A program made the position numbers and the translations under genes. The notes below the pieces were generated by a model. The model did no database searches. It saw nothing but the letters and a program-made list of their open reading frames with translations, and had not been told where the DNA came from. Shown piece after piece: positions 1-13,816 of a stretch of 64,000 bases of DNA. Within the stretch, counting starts at the first letter, position 1, and every line of letters starts with the position of its first letter. Origin of the DNA: Tricharina praecox (Eukaryota); contig NW_026250421.1 in assembly GCF_024521635.1 (NCBI RefSeq), positions 1 through 64,000 on the forward strand. The letters run 5' to 3'.

Positions 1-1285
1 GTGTGACCTCCCCCCGCCGGTAGCATCAAAGCCCACTGTAGTTTCCCCTCCACCGGTAGCAGCTAGAGTTACATTATTCATCTCATCCGGCTTCGGCTCA
101 TAATGCCTCGAATGGGCGGTGAAGATATCTCCAAAAGTCTCCTCGGCCTCGGGCCTGATAAAAGGAACAAAAACCTTTCTCCCGTCATCGACATGCAGGA
201 AAACCTTGCTCTGCGAGAAGAGCACATCTCCCATATGCGAGGCGATGACATCGCTGCCGATGAATATGCGGATCTTCTCGCCCTCCTTCGATTTCGGCGC
301 GCGCACCGGGAGGATCGTGAATTCTACCGTTAGACGCGGAAGTTTGGAGGGACCAGTGATCCGGGAGTGCTGTTGGACTATCGCGTCCGGGAGAAAAACC
401 GCAAGCTCGATCTTGGAGTCGCCGGAGGATGTGCGGATTATGCGGTCTTGTAGGCCGAGATGGGCGACGAGCGACATCTCTATGGATGATCTAGCTGAGC
501 CAGTGCAAAACACGGCGTATAGAAGTGGCTCGTGGGAGGATGGGGCATCTAGCCAGCAGCGCACCACTGCGGGGGCAGGGCCTACCCGTGGGGCAGATGA
601 GCGATGTAAACACGAATCCAAGATATCGGAGCCTCTCGTCGGAGGTCGGAATACCGTGCCGTGGTCCCCCTCATACGAGGAGCTAGCTCCTTCGCCGAAT
701 GACCGCAAGCTCTGCCTGCCGTCGGACCGATTGTCCGACTTGTGTGAGGATGACCTCTCCGTCAGGGCGTACCCGCCGATGCCACCCACCGGCCGCTGGA
801 AGTAGTCGCTGGTACCGGGAGAATCGTGGATCCAGTGATTTGTAGTGGCGCTATCATCAAATCGTACACTGTTTGCTCGAGAAGCTCCCCGCCTCGGAAC
901 GTCGACCTCATCGAGCTGTAGCCCGGACAAGGCAAGATTGTGCTGCTGTTCGTACACGTTGAAGTTTCCCGGTTCGGCGTTAGGAGGTTCTAATCCACCC
1001 CCATGTCAGTCCACCATCGACCAGTCCACCCTCCGCCCCCCCTTCTCCTGGAGGTGATACGCAGCACCTACGTTGAGAAAAAGTCGAAAGCGGAGCCGGA
1101 AATGGAGACGCCGAGCTCCACAGCGACCTTATCCGCGAATCGTCATGTCGTTTCTCCAGTTTGCCCAAACGCTCGGAATGCTGCGAGAGACGCTCTGCAT
1201 GCTCAAATTGCGCCACCTTCAATAATCGGATCTCCTCCTGTAACCCCCAAGGGTCGTATACTCCAGCGAAGTGCGGAGGCTCCAT
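1..1285 (-). CDS. Conserved fungal protein with a degenerate retropepsin-like domain (partial; runs off the window edge)
   Basis: ATG at 1285 (MEPPHFAGVYDPWGLQEE). Intron 1071-990 (GTAGGT...ACTGAC...TAG). Exon 2 stays open to base 1 and encodes PRRGASRANSVRFDDSA, ERSSSHKSD, VVRCWL, LLYAVFCTGSARSSI and IRIFIGSDVI. Exon 2 is absent from the ORF track. Confidence 0.8.
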
Positions 1286-2894
1286 CCCCAACGCCGCCGG
1301 CGGACCATAAAATTCCCCCCCCACTCCGCGCCGAGGGACGCCCTAGCTCTGCCGTATGCCCGCTGGATGATGGACCGAATCGGAAAGAGCTTGCGGATAC
1401 GATCGGCGGAAGTTAGATGAGTAGTAAAATCGTTCGTAAAGCCAGCGGGGTCTTCGATCGGGCGGCAGCGGCGGCGGCGATAGTTGGTCCGAAGGTAGAG
1501 TAAGTGGTTAGTAGCTCAGTACAAACGAGCTCTCTCTGCACTGGCGAGCAATGGACGAGATCCACAAGCGAGGGGAGCTGTCGATGTTCCGTTGATCAAC
1601 TGACGAAAATTTGGACGTAGTCAGTGTGTATCCGCGAGAGGAAGGCGGTGACGGTAGCGAAGGCAAGAGGTTTGGCCGAATGGACAAGACAAACTGGTCG
1701 CTTCCGGGGGCAAACGAGGTTGTGAAAGAAGGCGCACGAAGCTGGTTTCAAGCTCGGCGCGGGAGAGGCACAATGGAATTCTTTTCTTTCTTCTTTTTTT
1801 CTTTCTTTGGCGGAGACAATATCCAAGGTATGAACGAATGGGAGCCAGTGCCAGTGTCAGTGCCAGTGTCGAGTACTGTTATTGCTATTGATTGTTGGTG
1901 TCGTGGTTTATTATTGGGCGTTTGGCACTCTGGGGGTGATGGTGGCCGTGGTGAGGGAGGGTTGTGGGGGAAGGTACAGGGAAGTTGGTCGGTCTCTCCT
2001 ACTCCGACTTTCTGAATTCCCCGCAGGGTCCACCTAGGTTTGGTTTCAACAGCTCGCCATGTTCCGAAATCAACAGGCGTTGGCTACGAAAATGTCTATA
2101 AAAATATCCCGAACACGAGCATTCCTCATCTTTGTTTTTCTTATCATACGGAAAACGCCCAGAAAGCAGAATGCCATCTCAACTTGCCGTCCGGTCACTG
2201 CAGTGGGGGAGTCCTTTCGGATGGAGGGAACTGCAAAGGGGAGTCTCGTATGGAGCGAGAATGCTCTCATCTCTGTCCGTTCGTCTTCTCGACAATTCCC
2301 ATGCCGTCGTTCATTGCTCAAGTCCTGCCCAATAGGGTCGCCATATTCGCAACCCCGCACTCATCCGCGCGCCCATCTGAACCGGTTCCTTTGCTTTAGA
2401 ACCACATCCGCCTTTATATCCAGCGCCGACTGGGCTCCAGTGATGCCAATTGCTGGAGGTCGACATGCATCATAATATGGAGTGGCCCCATCATCGCGCG
2501 GTTCCGCCTTACCAAACGATGCGGTCCTCTTTCCGCAGAATCTAGCTCCCGTCGTTGCGTGCTATCGATTGTCGATATCCTACATCTTGTGGGGTTTGTG
2601 GCGTCCGGTAGTCTTGCTAAGCTGGCTGATTCGGGTTCTTTTCATGCTCAGACCTTCATTTTGTGTTGGTGATGAGAGCGATCATGACGGAGCAGAGAGA
2701 CAAACGGACAGCCGCACACCCCATCGACGGTCGACGGAACAAACCTTCTTTCTAGAATAGCCATCCAGAGATTCCAGACCCTAACCCTGCGGCCAAGCCA
2801 CCCGTTTGGATTCTTTCTCATCGTCATCAACCATCCCACTTCCACCAACCCTCCCGTACTCCTCCACCACTTCATACTCAACACCACCGAAACC

Positions 2895-3394
2895 ATGGAG
2901 AACGTATCCGGAATGTTCGGGCTGAACGGAAATCAGTCCAAGGAAGACAAGAAGCAGGTACTTTGGGGACCTACCTCCATCCGGGAGTGTGAGCATCTAC
3001 ATTTGCTAACCACGGTTGGTTGCGACACAGATGTTGATGCAGACACTGCAGCAACAGCAGAACATTGAGAACGCCCGTGTTCTTATTGATGTGCGTCTCT
3101 ATTCCCCGCCAATCCCGCCATCCCCACTACTGCAACCGCCCCGCTGAGATCCGACAACCCAGAAAATCAACTCCAACTGCTTCGAGAAGTGCGTGCCAAA
3201 GCCCGGAAGCAGCTTGTCCGGCGGAGAGACCGTACGTCCACTACATCCTGTTCACACCGGGGGCGGTCCTTCTAATGTGGTGTTGGTTACGGTAGACGTG
3301 CTTGACCAACTGCATGCAGAAGTACATGAACGCGTGGAACGCTGTCAGCTCGGCCTACATCTTTCGGATCAAGAGCGACCCGTCTTCCAACTAG
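2895..3394 (+). CDS. TIM13: Mitochondrial intermembrane-space small Tim chaperone Tim13
   Basis: Four exons (2895-2957, 3031-3090, 3163-3231, 3296-3394) joined by phase-0 GT-AG introns give 96 aa. The protein has a twin CX3C motif (NCFEKC...TCLTNC) and KYMNAWNAVS. Confidence 0.93.
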
Positions 3395-4650
3395 AATATA
3401 TAGAAAGTTCAATTCGACCATTGTCCCCTTGTGGGCTTAATACTGTACCATTGTGCCCGGTCATTGGGATTGTGTAGGGAAAGGACACTGTGAACGATGC
3501 TCTGTGACTTCACATCTGTCCACGCCTATTTGATGATACATCAGCACGGACCCGAGTCTGCTCAGGTATTCTTGCTAGTTGAGTTCTCTAAACATTCGTC
3601 CGTTTCTCCGGACGACATTGCCCTCCGCCAGGTACTTGAGATCTCGATGGGCTCTATTAGGAATATGAAGCCAAAGCTTCTCCAGGGCTACAAGCAGCTC
3701 GGTAACCCGTTGACCCAACACATTCTTGGGTGAGAGGGAGTGAGGGAGAGAGATACCACCAATCGGTTTCGCATACTGCCTTCCAGACCAATCATCACCA
3801 GGATCGAGTCAGTATCTATGATCGAGCCATTGCTGGGACGCCCATACTATCCAAGTCTAGCTCCGACCATATTTTCCTGCAGACCGCGTAGAGTACATGC
3901 AGTGAGAGCCGGATGATTCGGCAACGGTTCAAGCTTTCCATGCAGCTTTAGTGCAGTGCAATCTGGGGAGTTTCGCGGAGGGCCGGCGGTTGGCGGCTGG
4001 CAACTGGCGTTAACGGCGCATGCTTCAACTTACCCCGTCCTCAAGTGTCGCGGCCTCTCGGTCCTGAAGACGTCAATTTTCCATCGCGGATGACCGGCTC
4101 TATGGTATGTTTTGTACTGGTGCAGTTTGAATTCGCATGTTGATACGGGTTTGAACGTTTGAAACGCACGGGCGAAACCCTCGGATATCCTCACCAAAGA
4201 AGTGGTATGTAAGTACTTACATAATGTACCTGACTTGTTCACCGGGTCCATGGCAGTTCGACGAGGAGACAGCCCGTCGAGCGACCCTCTGCTGGTAATC
4301 AAAAAATTCGTCGAATGGCCATTTGCACGAGGGGCGCTTGCCAATTGGCTGTTTGATGCAACACAACCGAACCCTGAGTATAGCTCATCCTTGCCTCTCG
4401 CTCAGCTCAACTTCCGCGCTATCCACGTGATAACCACTACTTCTCGGAACATCCCCTCCTTCTGCCAGCCTTGGAATTAGAAGTATCTTCAGGTACTTTC
4501 TACAGTCACCCAAATTGCCAGAAGCCTCTTGTCTTTGCTGGCCCGGATATTCAGCCTTTAATCTAATCCTTTCGTCGCTTGACGCCATAACCGTTTACCG
4601 CGAAACGTCATTGTCCTGAAACACACCCCTATCGACCACTGTCGCCAGAA

Positions 4651-7600
4651 ATGGCCGGCGTTCACCAGCCACGAAGCCAATCCCCACGACCAGAAAACGG
4701 GCGGTTAGAACGACGCCCCTCAAACTCGGCCTACGGTTCATCCCCCCATGCGCACCACAGGCAAACGTCGATCGTAAACGGTGTGCCGCACAGATCCGCC
4801 GGCGTCCATTCTCGCTCGGGCTCGTTCGTCAACTCTCCCGCGACGTCGCCGCTGTCCCCCGCCACCCAAGATTCGATACACATGTCGCAGGTCCCGTCGA
4901 CCCCAATAACAATGATGAATATCGCCAGCGTCAGCAACGGCGATGGCAGAGCACAGATACACCTCCCCCAGATACCCTCGTCGCCAGTTACCGCGCCCTC
5001 GACGCCCTCAGCTATCGGAGCACGGCCAGGAACATCATCAGGAGCGGGGGTCGGCAATAATATGGGCGCACAACCGACAGAGCGGCCCGGGTTGTTTCCG
5101 CAACATACTACGCCGGCGGTAATGCAGATACAGCAGCCTCCGCGGCGGCATCACCACTCGCATTCGCACCACCATTCCAAGAGCCGAGAGGAGGAGTGTA
5201 AGACCCCCGCCGAGTACGCGCTACACATACTATTCACCAATTTCGTGCGGCTGGCAGAACGCAAAGTCAACAGCTGTCTCCCGCCGAACCATCCTCTCGA
5301 GAAAGAGCCCGATGTCGAGAGCATATGCGGGCCTGGCGTGGATCCGGCGTTCGACAAGCTCATAGGCTCTTTGGGGTATATTGCTAGGCACAAACCGAAG
5401 CCCGTCATCGATAGCCTTATGATCTGGCGCAAGAGTAAGAGCGACGCGGCAGCACATCAACGACAGGAGTCGGCGGCGCAAGCTCGATACGCTTTACCGA
5501 GGAGAAATACGGAGCCTAACGGGCCGATGGATGGAAACCCGGCGGCGCGAGAAGGCTCATTGGTGGCGGACAGACGGACAACGGTTGCAATATACATACT
5601 TTGTCGGGTATTAATCGAAGTAATTGGGCAGACGACCCTAGATCGCGTTACAGAGGATATGGCGAAGCTGGAGCACATCATCTTCAACCAACTAAAGTCC
5701 GCAGATCCAGACGTTCTGGCGAGCTCCCCACTGAGATTGGCCAATTGGACTTTGTTTGGTCAACTTTTGGGCGTGATGAGCAGCATAGACTTTGAGCGAG
5801 TGACGGATCGCTTCTTTGTCGATCTCGAGGAGTGTGACAATGCGGGAGCAGCAACCAACGAAGCCAAGGTAGCATTAGTCGTGAAGGGAATGAGCTACAT
5901 CAAGTTGAAGGTTTGTAACCCCTGTCTAGCATTTCGGATTGTAGTTGCTGAACTCTGTGTTTGAAGTTCTATCCGGAAAACGTGCTTGAGGAGTCTGCAG
6001 AATTCATGGTATCACTGGCCAAATTTTTTGCGAAGGCGCCGGGTCCGACTGTAAGGACCGCATACTGCGAGATCTTCACCAAGCTCCTTCTACCGGTCGC
6101 AGCTTCGGCTACTACGGAACTCAACCATCCGACTTGGATGGAGTTTGTAAATCTCTTGCATCCTAGGCTGAACGAAATGATGTCCAAGCCACGGCTTTGG
6201 CACACTGCATTTCCAGTGATGGGAACCTTGCTGTGTGTCAGCCCGTACGAAGTCTTCACTCAGTGTTGGATGCCTCTCGTTGAAACTCATCTTCCAAAAC
6301 TACGAGATAAGGACAGATCAATGAGGGTTCCGATTGTGCAGACCTTGGCGCGCTTGGTGTGGACGTATCTTTTTAGATGCTCCGAAAATCTCAACGTCAT
6401 GACCAAGAAGCTGGAAGACGTCATAAACATCCTCCTGAAGAAGGAGAAGAAGGAGAAGCCTCTTGTTACGGCGGAGAAACAGGTGGTCGAGCCCTGCATA
6501 CAGCTTATCAGATTCATTGGGTTCAAGCACCAGGATCTCTGTTTCAGAACCATCATCTTTCCGTTGTTGAATGTAGACCTCCTTTCCGGAAGTCACTCGC
6601 TGAAGCTGCAAGATTTGTCACCGGAGGGCATGATGGTGGGGATCCGGGCATTTTTGGCCATAATGTCGGATCTGGAAAAGGGGGATGCCGGTCAACCGCC
6701 ATTTCCAGTTACCTTTGCGTCGAGTCACTCCGAGAAGATACCCCCAACATCCACATGGTTAGCGAAGATTGAGGCGGACAAGAAGGATGGACTCAAAGTG
6801 AAGGTCGACCGCCGGTCACAGGCAGTCGCCATCGACAAACTCGGCGAAACGGCCAAGGAATACTACGATCGGTTCTGCGAAGTGCTGGGCAAGATCATTG
6901 TGCTCTGCGACAGCAACTTTGGGGGCCAGGTTGTTCTGGACGAACGGCTAGCTGGTCAGAAGACCCCCCTGGAGTCCAAATTTCTCTTTGGCAGCAAGGA
7001 CGATGCTCTCACTTCCGCCGAACAGAGCAAGGGGTTCTATGACTTGCTGTGTGTTGCCATCGAGGCACTTCCGCGGTGTCTACCTCCGAATATACCATTT
7101 CACAAGGTAGTCAGCCTTTTATGCAAAGGGACGGCGCATATCGACCACAGCGTTGCGATAGCATCGGCAAATGCCCTAAAGAGCATCGCCAGGCAGTACA
7201 ACTCCCAGCAAGTTATTATTGGTTTTGCTCGGTTCATTTTCGCCTTTGACGAGCGGTATTCGACAATTTCCGACGGTGGCATGCTTGGGAATACCCACAT
7301 TGAAAACACCTTGAAACTCTACATCGAGCTATTGACCATCTGGTTGGAAACGATCAAGCAGAAGGTCAAACGATCACAGGATGCGGCTGTGGCAGCAATG
7401 AATGACTTGGATGCATCTCTGGACGATAGGGGACTCGGGAACCGTAGTGAGGAACTTGAGTATTCTAGCGTTCAGGCGTATGTTGAGGAGATCGAGTCCA
7501 ATGGTCTCTTCTTCCTGTGCTCTCAGTCTCGAGTGGTCAGAAGGTTTGCAATTATGGTCCTCCGGCTCATCACCGAGTTCGATGCGGTTCTATCAGATGT

Positions 7601-10600
7601 GGATCCGAATCAGCCAAAGCCAGGCCATTCGCGACAGTCGAGCAGGTCTACAGCCATTGAGATGTGTCCAAGAGTGATCCACATCTTGGAAGGCGACTCT
7701 CTCAATGTTATGAATCTCAATGACGAGAATCTACCGATTGCTGAGCGGAGTAGGCTGCAACGCGAGCTAAAAGGATCGAAAATGAAGGACGCCTTGGTAC
7801 ACATGGCGGTCAGTGATAACCATTACGACTCTAGCTTATGGTTCCGTATCTTCCCTAGCTTGATTCGGGTCTGTGTCGAGCGTTGCCTCACCACGGTCGT
7901 GCTCTGTCGGGATTTGGTGTGCGGTCGGTTGCTTCAACTGCATCAATCCATTTGCGCTGCCGCTCAGTCGCATACAGCTCCCGCGGCGGGTCCTTTGGAA
8001 ATCGCCCGGCCAGTACTGCGAACACTGCCTCCAACCAGTCCGGAATTGATGATCGAGCAATGGAAACTATACCTCATTGTAGCATGCGCGACCTTGACTT
8101 CGACAGACGGAGAAAGGACAACGCCTCAACCTCACACTCCACAGCACAACCGAATACCATCGAAGAACCAGACACCACTGGCTCCAGTTCATTTGGACCG
8201 TATCACGTCGGCCAGGGCGGTCTTCCAAATGGTGATTCCACTATTGGCCGTTGATAATCTAATGATCCGGGAGGCGGTGGTTTCGGGCCTTGGGAACATC
8301 AACATCAACCTATACAAGACGTTGATCGAAAGCCTGCAACCTACAGTGCTGAAATGGGGAACGGATGATAAGAGGGGGCGCGGAATCCACTCACCGAGAA
8401 GGAACCGTAGACAGGATCGGCTTCGCGCTGAGGTTACGCACGTGTTTCAACTGACGTCGCATTTTCTCCAAAAGGAGGAAGTGTACAAAGACATCTGGAT
8501 TTTGAGACATATGGTTGCCTTTATCAAGGATATGAAGACCTTCCTGAACGATCCGGAGGTTCAGAATGATTGGGAGCACCAGAAACTTCGCCGGTACTTC
8601 TGCGGGCTCACCGAGGAGTTGTACGAGGGTATCAAGAGGACTGACAAGCCGGAGGTTTGGCTACCCTTTGAGGGGAGATATTCCATATTCATCCTGATGC
8701 AAGACTGGTGTGGTCATGGACCCAACTACCAGGTGGTCAAGGAGAGGGAGGATCTGATGCGGAGGTCTCTCATGACCCTCCAACGAGACCTTTCGGACCC
8801 GGGAACCCTTTCGGCAGCGATGGAGATAGAAAAGAGGAATCTGAAGATTGCTGCCTTGAGTGCTATGGCTTCTCTCTGTGTAAGTAGTCTCCTCCCCTAC
8901 ATCCGCGTCAGAGAATACATTGGCTGATGAAACGAAGGCTGGCCCTGTTATGGAAGAAGTCGGCGCCGGAAGCAATGCGATGCTATCGTTCAATTTCGAC
9001 GAGCTTTTCCGATGGATCGAGTCAATCTTTGCAACCCCAAGTGATCGGACACATCGGATCGGTCGAAGGGCACTGAAGAATATCCTCTTGCACAATCAGA
9101 AGACTACTCTTCTCAACGATGCTATACGCTTGTGCTATGTCTACGAGTCATCGTCCAAAGCAACGCAAAGTTACTTTTCGGTCATTTGCGAAGTTCTCAA
9201 AGAGGTCCCGAATTATTTGGATGGCATATGGAAGATCATGACTCTATGTCTCTTCAAGCTCGGAGACGAAAATGCAGATATTCGATTGCAGGCCGCAAAA
9301 CTGCTCAGAGTTACCGAGGAGGGTGAATTCGGCATGTCTCGTGTCCAGGATTTCGAGGTTTCAATATCAGACAAGACGGTGGCTGTGTACAAACGAGCGC
9401 AGTTTCAGCTATCGAAGACGCTTTCGTTGTATTACTGTAATCTCGCCGTCTTCGTCTTCTCGGAGCTCACAATGTTCTTCAATCTCACGGAAGGCAAGGC
9501 ACAGCGTGACATCCTCCATGCGCTATTACCCTGGATCCAACAGATCGATCTTACCTTGGAGCCAAGCGGCGAGCTTTCACCGTCATCATATATGGTTCTC
9601 GCCAACCTTTTTGAGATCACTGTGAAGTTCAGCAGCAAGATTCATAGCGAGATCCAAGCGGTCTGGCAATCCCTCGCAACTGCACCATACATGGGCAACG
9701 TTCAGGTTATCCTTGATTTCATCATCAATCAAAGCTTAGAGCGCCGCGAACAGAGCTTTGTGGAGTTCGGCAAACAGATCATCGTTTTTCTGTCGGAGAC
9801 TCCGGCCGGGACAAAGTTGGTGGAGGCTCTCGCGATCTACTTGCAACCTAAGCTCATGACCATCGCCATGCGTGAGCCCTCGCCGATCCCAGATGGATCA
9901 ATGTTCCCCTATGTCGCCAATTTGAAGGAGGCTGTGCCAGAAGGCGGGAAGCCAACGGGTTTCTCGTATGGTCATCTTGCTATGATTTTGATGGTCGACT
10001 TGCTGGTTGGACCTGTGCCACAGATGGCGGACAAACTCACACTTCTCCTGCAAGTCATCTTTGTGCTGTGGGATCACTATGTACCCCTAGTTCAAGAGCA
10101 GGCGAAGGAGATGCTTATTCACCTCATCCACGAGTTGGTCATTCCGGTCCTTCACGATGAAGAACACCACGAACAACGCCATGCGACCCTCGAGTTCATC
10201 GAGACAGTCCGGCAGAGGGATTCCAAAACCCACTGGAGCTACGACGATATCTCTTCGATAGAAGAACGCGGTCTCCGCGTGCCGGAATCTATGGAGCATA
10301 TGATTTCGTCTGTTCTGGAGATGTTTTCGATCTTCCCAGAGCTCAAGGGCCAATGGGGCAAGATTGCACTTAGCTGGGCTACCACGTGCCCTGTCCGGCA
10401 CCTTGCCTGTCGATCATTCCAGGTTTTCAGATGCCTTCTCACCTCGATCGACCACGTAACTTTGGCGGACATGCTAGCGCGCTTGTCTAATACTATCGCA
10501 GATGATGTGACGGATATCCGGATGTTTGCGATGGAGATCTTGATCACACTCAACGCTATCGTCTCCGAGATGGACGGGGAGTACTTGCTGCAGTATCCTC

Positions 10601-12423
10601 AGCTATTCTGGGCAACAGTGGCCTGCCTGGACACGATCCACGAGGCCGAGTTCATGGAGGCTCTGAGCATCCTGGAAATGCTTCTCGATAAAGTAGATCT
10701 ATGCGATCCCGAGAAAGTCGAATTCATCATGGCGGCATTCCCGCCTAAGTGGGTGGGAACATTCGAGGGATTGCAGGCTTTGATTGACAAGGGCTTGCGC
10801 AGCTCCGTGTGCCTAAAACGGACCATGAGGGTTTTCGACAAGCTCAATGGAATCCCTACGAATGACCTTATGGGGGGCGAGACTCGATTGCTGTATGCGA
10901 CCCTGGCGAATCTTCCTCGGTTCTCGCAGGAGATGGAGGAAGGAACACCGGGGGAAGCTGTTGTGCGCTGCGCCGAATGGCTCAAGTTACTTGCGGAAGC
11001 ACAGGAATCGAAATCATTGGCAAGAGTGATGAGACTCTTCTCTGCGCAGCAATTCAGGTCACGGAAGGACTTTATTCAGCAAACCGTCAACGCCTTGAGA
11101 GAGACCTTCTTCCCGGAATACGAAGCTCAGGCCCTCATCTTCCTAGTTGGACTGCTGTCGAACGAGCTCAGGTGGATGAAGCTTAAGACTATGGAGGTTT
11201 TGACCGTCGTCGTCCCTTACATCGACATGCGGAAGCCCGCTTTCGCCGGTGTCGGTGCAGACCTCATATCTCCACTCCTGCGACTTCTACAAACGGATTA
11301 TGTCGAGCAAGCCCTCGAAGTTCTCGACAAAATGCTTACCATCTCTGGCGGGCCGATGGATCGCCACGTTATGCGCATGAGTATGGGTGGTCGCAACATC
11401 CGCAAGGAGTACGAAAAGACACAGACGCTATTCGGGGTTCCCGACGAAAGCGGCTGGGCTATTCCGATGCCCGCGATCCACGCCGGCATGACTAGAGACA
11501 ATGTACACGCCGTCTTCTATACTTGTCAGGATGCCATCTCGGCAGAGGAATCCGGCGTGGACGCACCACAGACTCCCGATGTCCAATTCCACATGGAGGA
11601 CTATTCCTACACATCGCTACCAGATCGTACGGCGACTATGCTATCCGAGGATGGTCGCGGCGAGGGAGGATTCAGCGATACGGTGCTTCGGCTTGGAGAT
11701 CTGGACGAGTTCTTTGGTGGCCACGACACAGGCACGTCGACGGACGCGGAAGGCGAAACGGTCCCGCAGCTCTACGATACCAGGGTGTTTGCCATCCTCA
11801 ACACTGCCTCCATGGTCCGCACTCCAAGCGTCGCTAGCTTCCAGGCGAGTTTCGGCGAATCAACGCTCTTCCCCTCCTCTTCTACTTCCACGCCCGTAAT
11901 ACGCGAGCGCACACTCCTTGGCGACGATAACCGCCCCGGGATCATGACACCAACGGCGTTCACAGCGCCTGCGCCGCCTCCGATCACTGGTGGTGGAGGA
12001 AGTAGCACAGCTTTCAGAGGGTATGCACCTTTCAGACCATCATCTAGTAGTGCTGCTGCCATCCCCCCATCCTCATCCAATCACTCTTCACCGTCGTCTT
12101 CTCTGTCATACCAAAGCAGCAACTATTTCGGCCAGAACCAGAGGTCATTGGTTAAACAGAAACTAGGTACTAGTTTTGACGAGGCGGCTGAAGCGTCCGA
12201 TCCCGAGAGTTTGCCTGGTGACCTACGGACGGCGACGTCGACGCCGACGAGGGGCAGGAATAGTCCCGAGATTGGTAGTGCTGGCAGTGGCGGGAGCAGT
12301 GGCGGTGCTTTCCTGCTGGACAATCTCCTCGACAAGTTGAAAGACAGTAAGAAGGGGAAGCGGAGTGCGTCTCGTGGCGCGTATGGAAGACCGGATGTTA
12401 CTAGTGTTCCGAGAGGCTTTTGA
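4651..12423 (+). CDS. TAO3: RAM/MOR network scaffold, cell morphogenesis protein (Tao3/Pag1/Mor2, Furry family)
   Basis: Three large ORFs are joined in frame by introns 5911-5966 and 8880-8937, giving about 2550 aa. Motifs: EYALHILFTNFV, YILCRVLIEV, EIESNGLFFLCSQ, WATTCPVRHLACRSFQVFR, LFGVPDESGW. Confidence 0.95.
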
Positions 12424-12739
12424 TTGATGATTGATACTTAATGATGATGATGATTTGATGGATGGGCGAATGGTGTTCTCTTTTCTGTTTCTGCTTCTGC
12501 TTCTGCTTCTGTTTCCGGGTGATGATAATGTTGTCTGATTCATGATTTTGCTTCTTCTGCTTTTGTTTTCTCAACCATGTATGTATGATGGTCTTGTAGT
12601 TTTTCCCATTGATAAGATGATTCTAGAGGTTGTAATGCAGAAGCAGTGCGGGATTTCCTTTCTTCTTTCTTTGATAGATATGGTAATGGTTTTACGACGG
12701 GGGGATAGAAAGATGTAGTAAATATAACGTCGACTCATA

Positions 12740-13300
12740 AGATTGTCTCGAAAAGATCGAGCCCATTTTTGGGCCCTTCAGGTTGGAACTTGGCATCAAT
12801 ACCGACACCGGCCCTTTTTTTTAGCCCGGCTGTCCAAATTTTAGAACAGACCGTCGTAATTTTAGGAGATTTAGACCATCACTCGTGTGATGTATCTACG
12901 ACCCACTATTTACGTTTAGACAACGGGACATTTTACGGTTTACCAGGCTTTTTTTTTGTTTTCCTGGCGGCCCTGGCGGCATTGGGGTGCTCAAAAGCTT
13001 GTTTCCCCGCTAATGTAGGCCTTCCGTCACTGGAGCTTTCTTTTGCCTTCTTCCTAACGAATTTGTACATAGCAGATACATAAAATTGACCCCGTTCCCC
13101 AGCATGAGGTTTTCCCGAGCCGCTTAGCCATCCCCGGGGCGGGCCGTTGGATAGCGACAGCTTGTCAGCTTCCCCTCATCTATATTTAGTCCCTGTAGGG
13201 CCAGCTCTGGTCGGAGCTTTGACTTTGGACGAGTTTCAGGTATTTGTGCGGTCTACCATTGGGGTCTATGACGATTTGGAACCAAGAACATATCATACTT
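12740..13300 (-). pseudogene. Possible degenerate coding relic (decayed gene or transposon fragment)
   Basis: Relatively AT-rich tract. One minus-strand frame reads as Lys-rich protein-like sequence interrupted by about five stops. The two plus-strand ORFs (12769-13083 and 13147-13404) share the complementary frame. No family recognised. Confidence 0.25.
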
Positions 13301-13816
13301 ACATTTACCTATACAGTCCCCGCGGGGCCATCAGCGATCCTGCACTGGATTGCTTTTCGATTGGTACTCTAAATGGCTGCTGCCTTCTGATGAAAAAAAA
13401 CTAAAAAACAAAGACAATTCAGCGGTGTCCAATCACCGCTTCCGCTGACCGTTACCGCCTGATAAAATGTTCGCCGGTCGACCCCAAACAGCGTCGCACA
13501 GAAGATATGACACACGTATGTACGGTACTGTGCAGAGGAGGCCTCGTGCGGGGTGTGAGGGGAATTGGACAAAAGGCCAGCCCACCCCCAGCCCCCATTG
13601 CGGACGGTAAAACGTTCAGCATCCAGCATCCAGCAATCTCAATCAAGCACTCGTCCAAACCCTCACTTTCTCGACAAATCACCTCCAAGGCTACATAGAT
13701 AGTCTTTCTGCCTGACCGACGCTAGAGCTTGAGCTTCTATATACTCTACTCGATATAGTAGATAACCAAGTACCTTCAGCCTTAGATACCCGTATTCACC
13801 CCGCACACGAGCAAAA

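Noticed and set aside
119..805. 228-aa plus-strand ORF
   Set aside because: It is the antisense shadow of the real minus-strand exon, which carries the recognisable motifs.
2779..2788. CCCTAACCCT telomere-like or telomerase-template-like sequence
   Set aside because: Only about 1.5 repeat units in the TIM13 upstream region, with no other telomerase RNA features visible. It is compatible with chance.
13295..13310. ATACTTAC resembling the U1 snRNA 5' end
   Set aside because: It does not continue as ATACTTACCTG, and no U1 stems or Sm site are evident.
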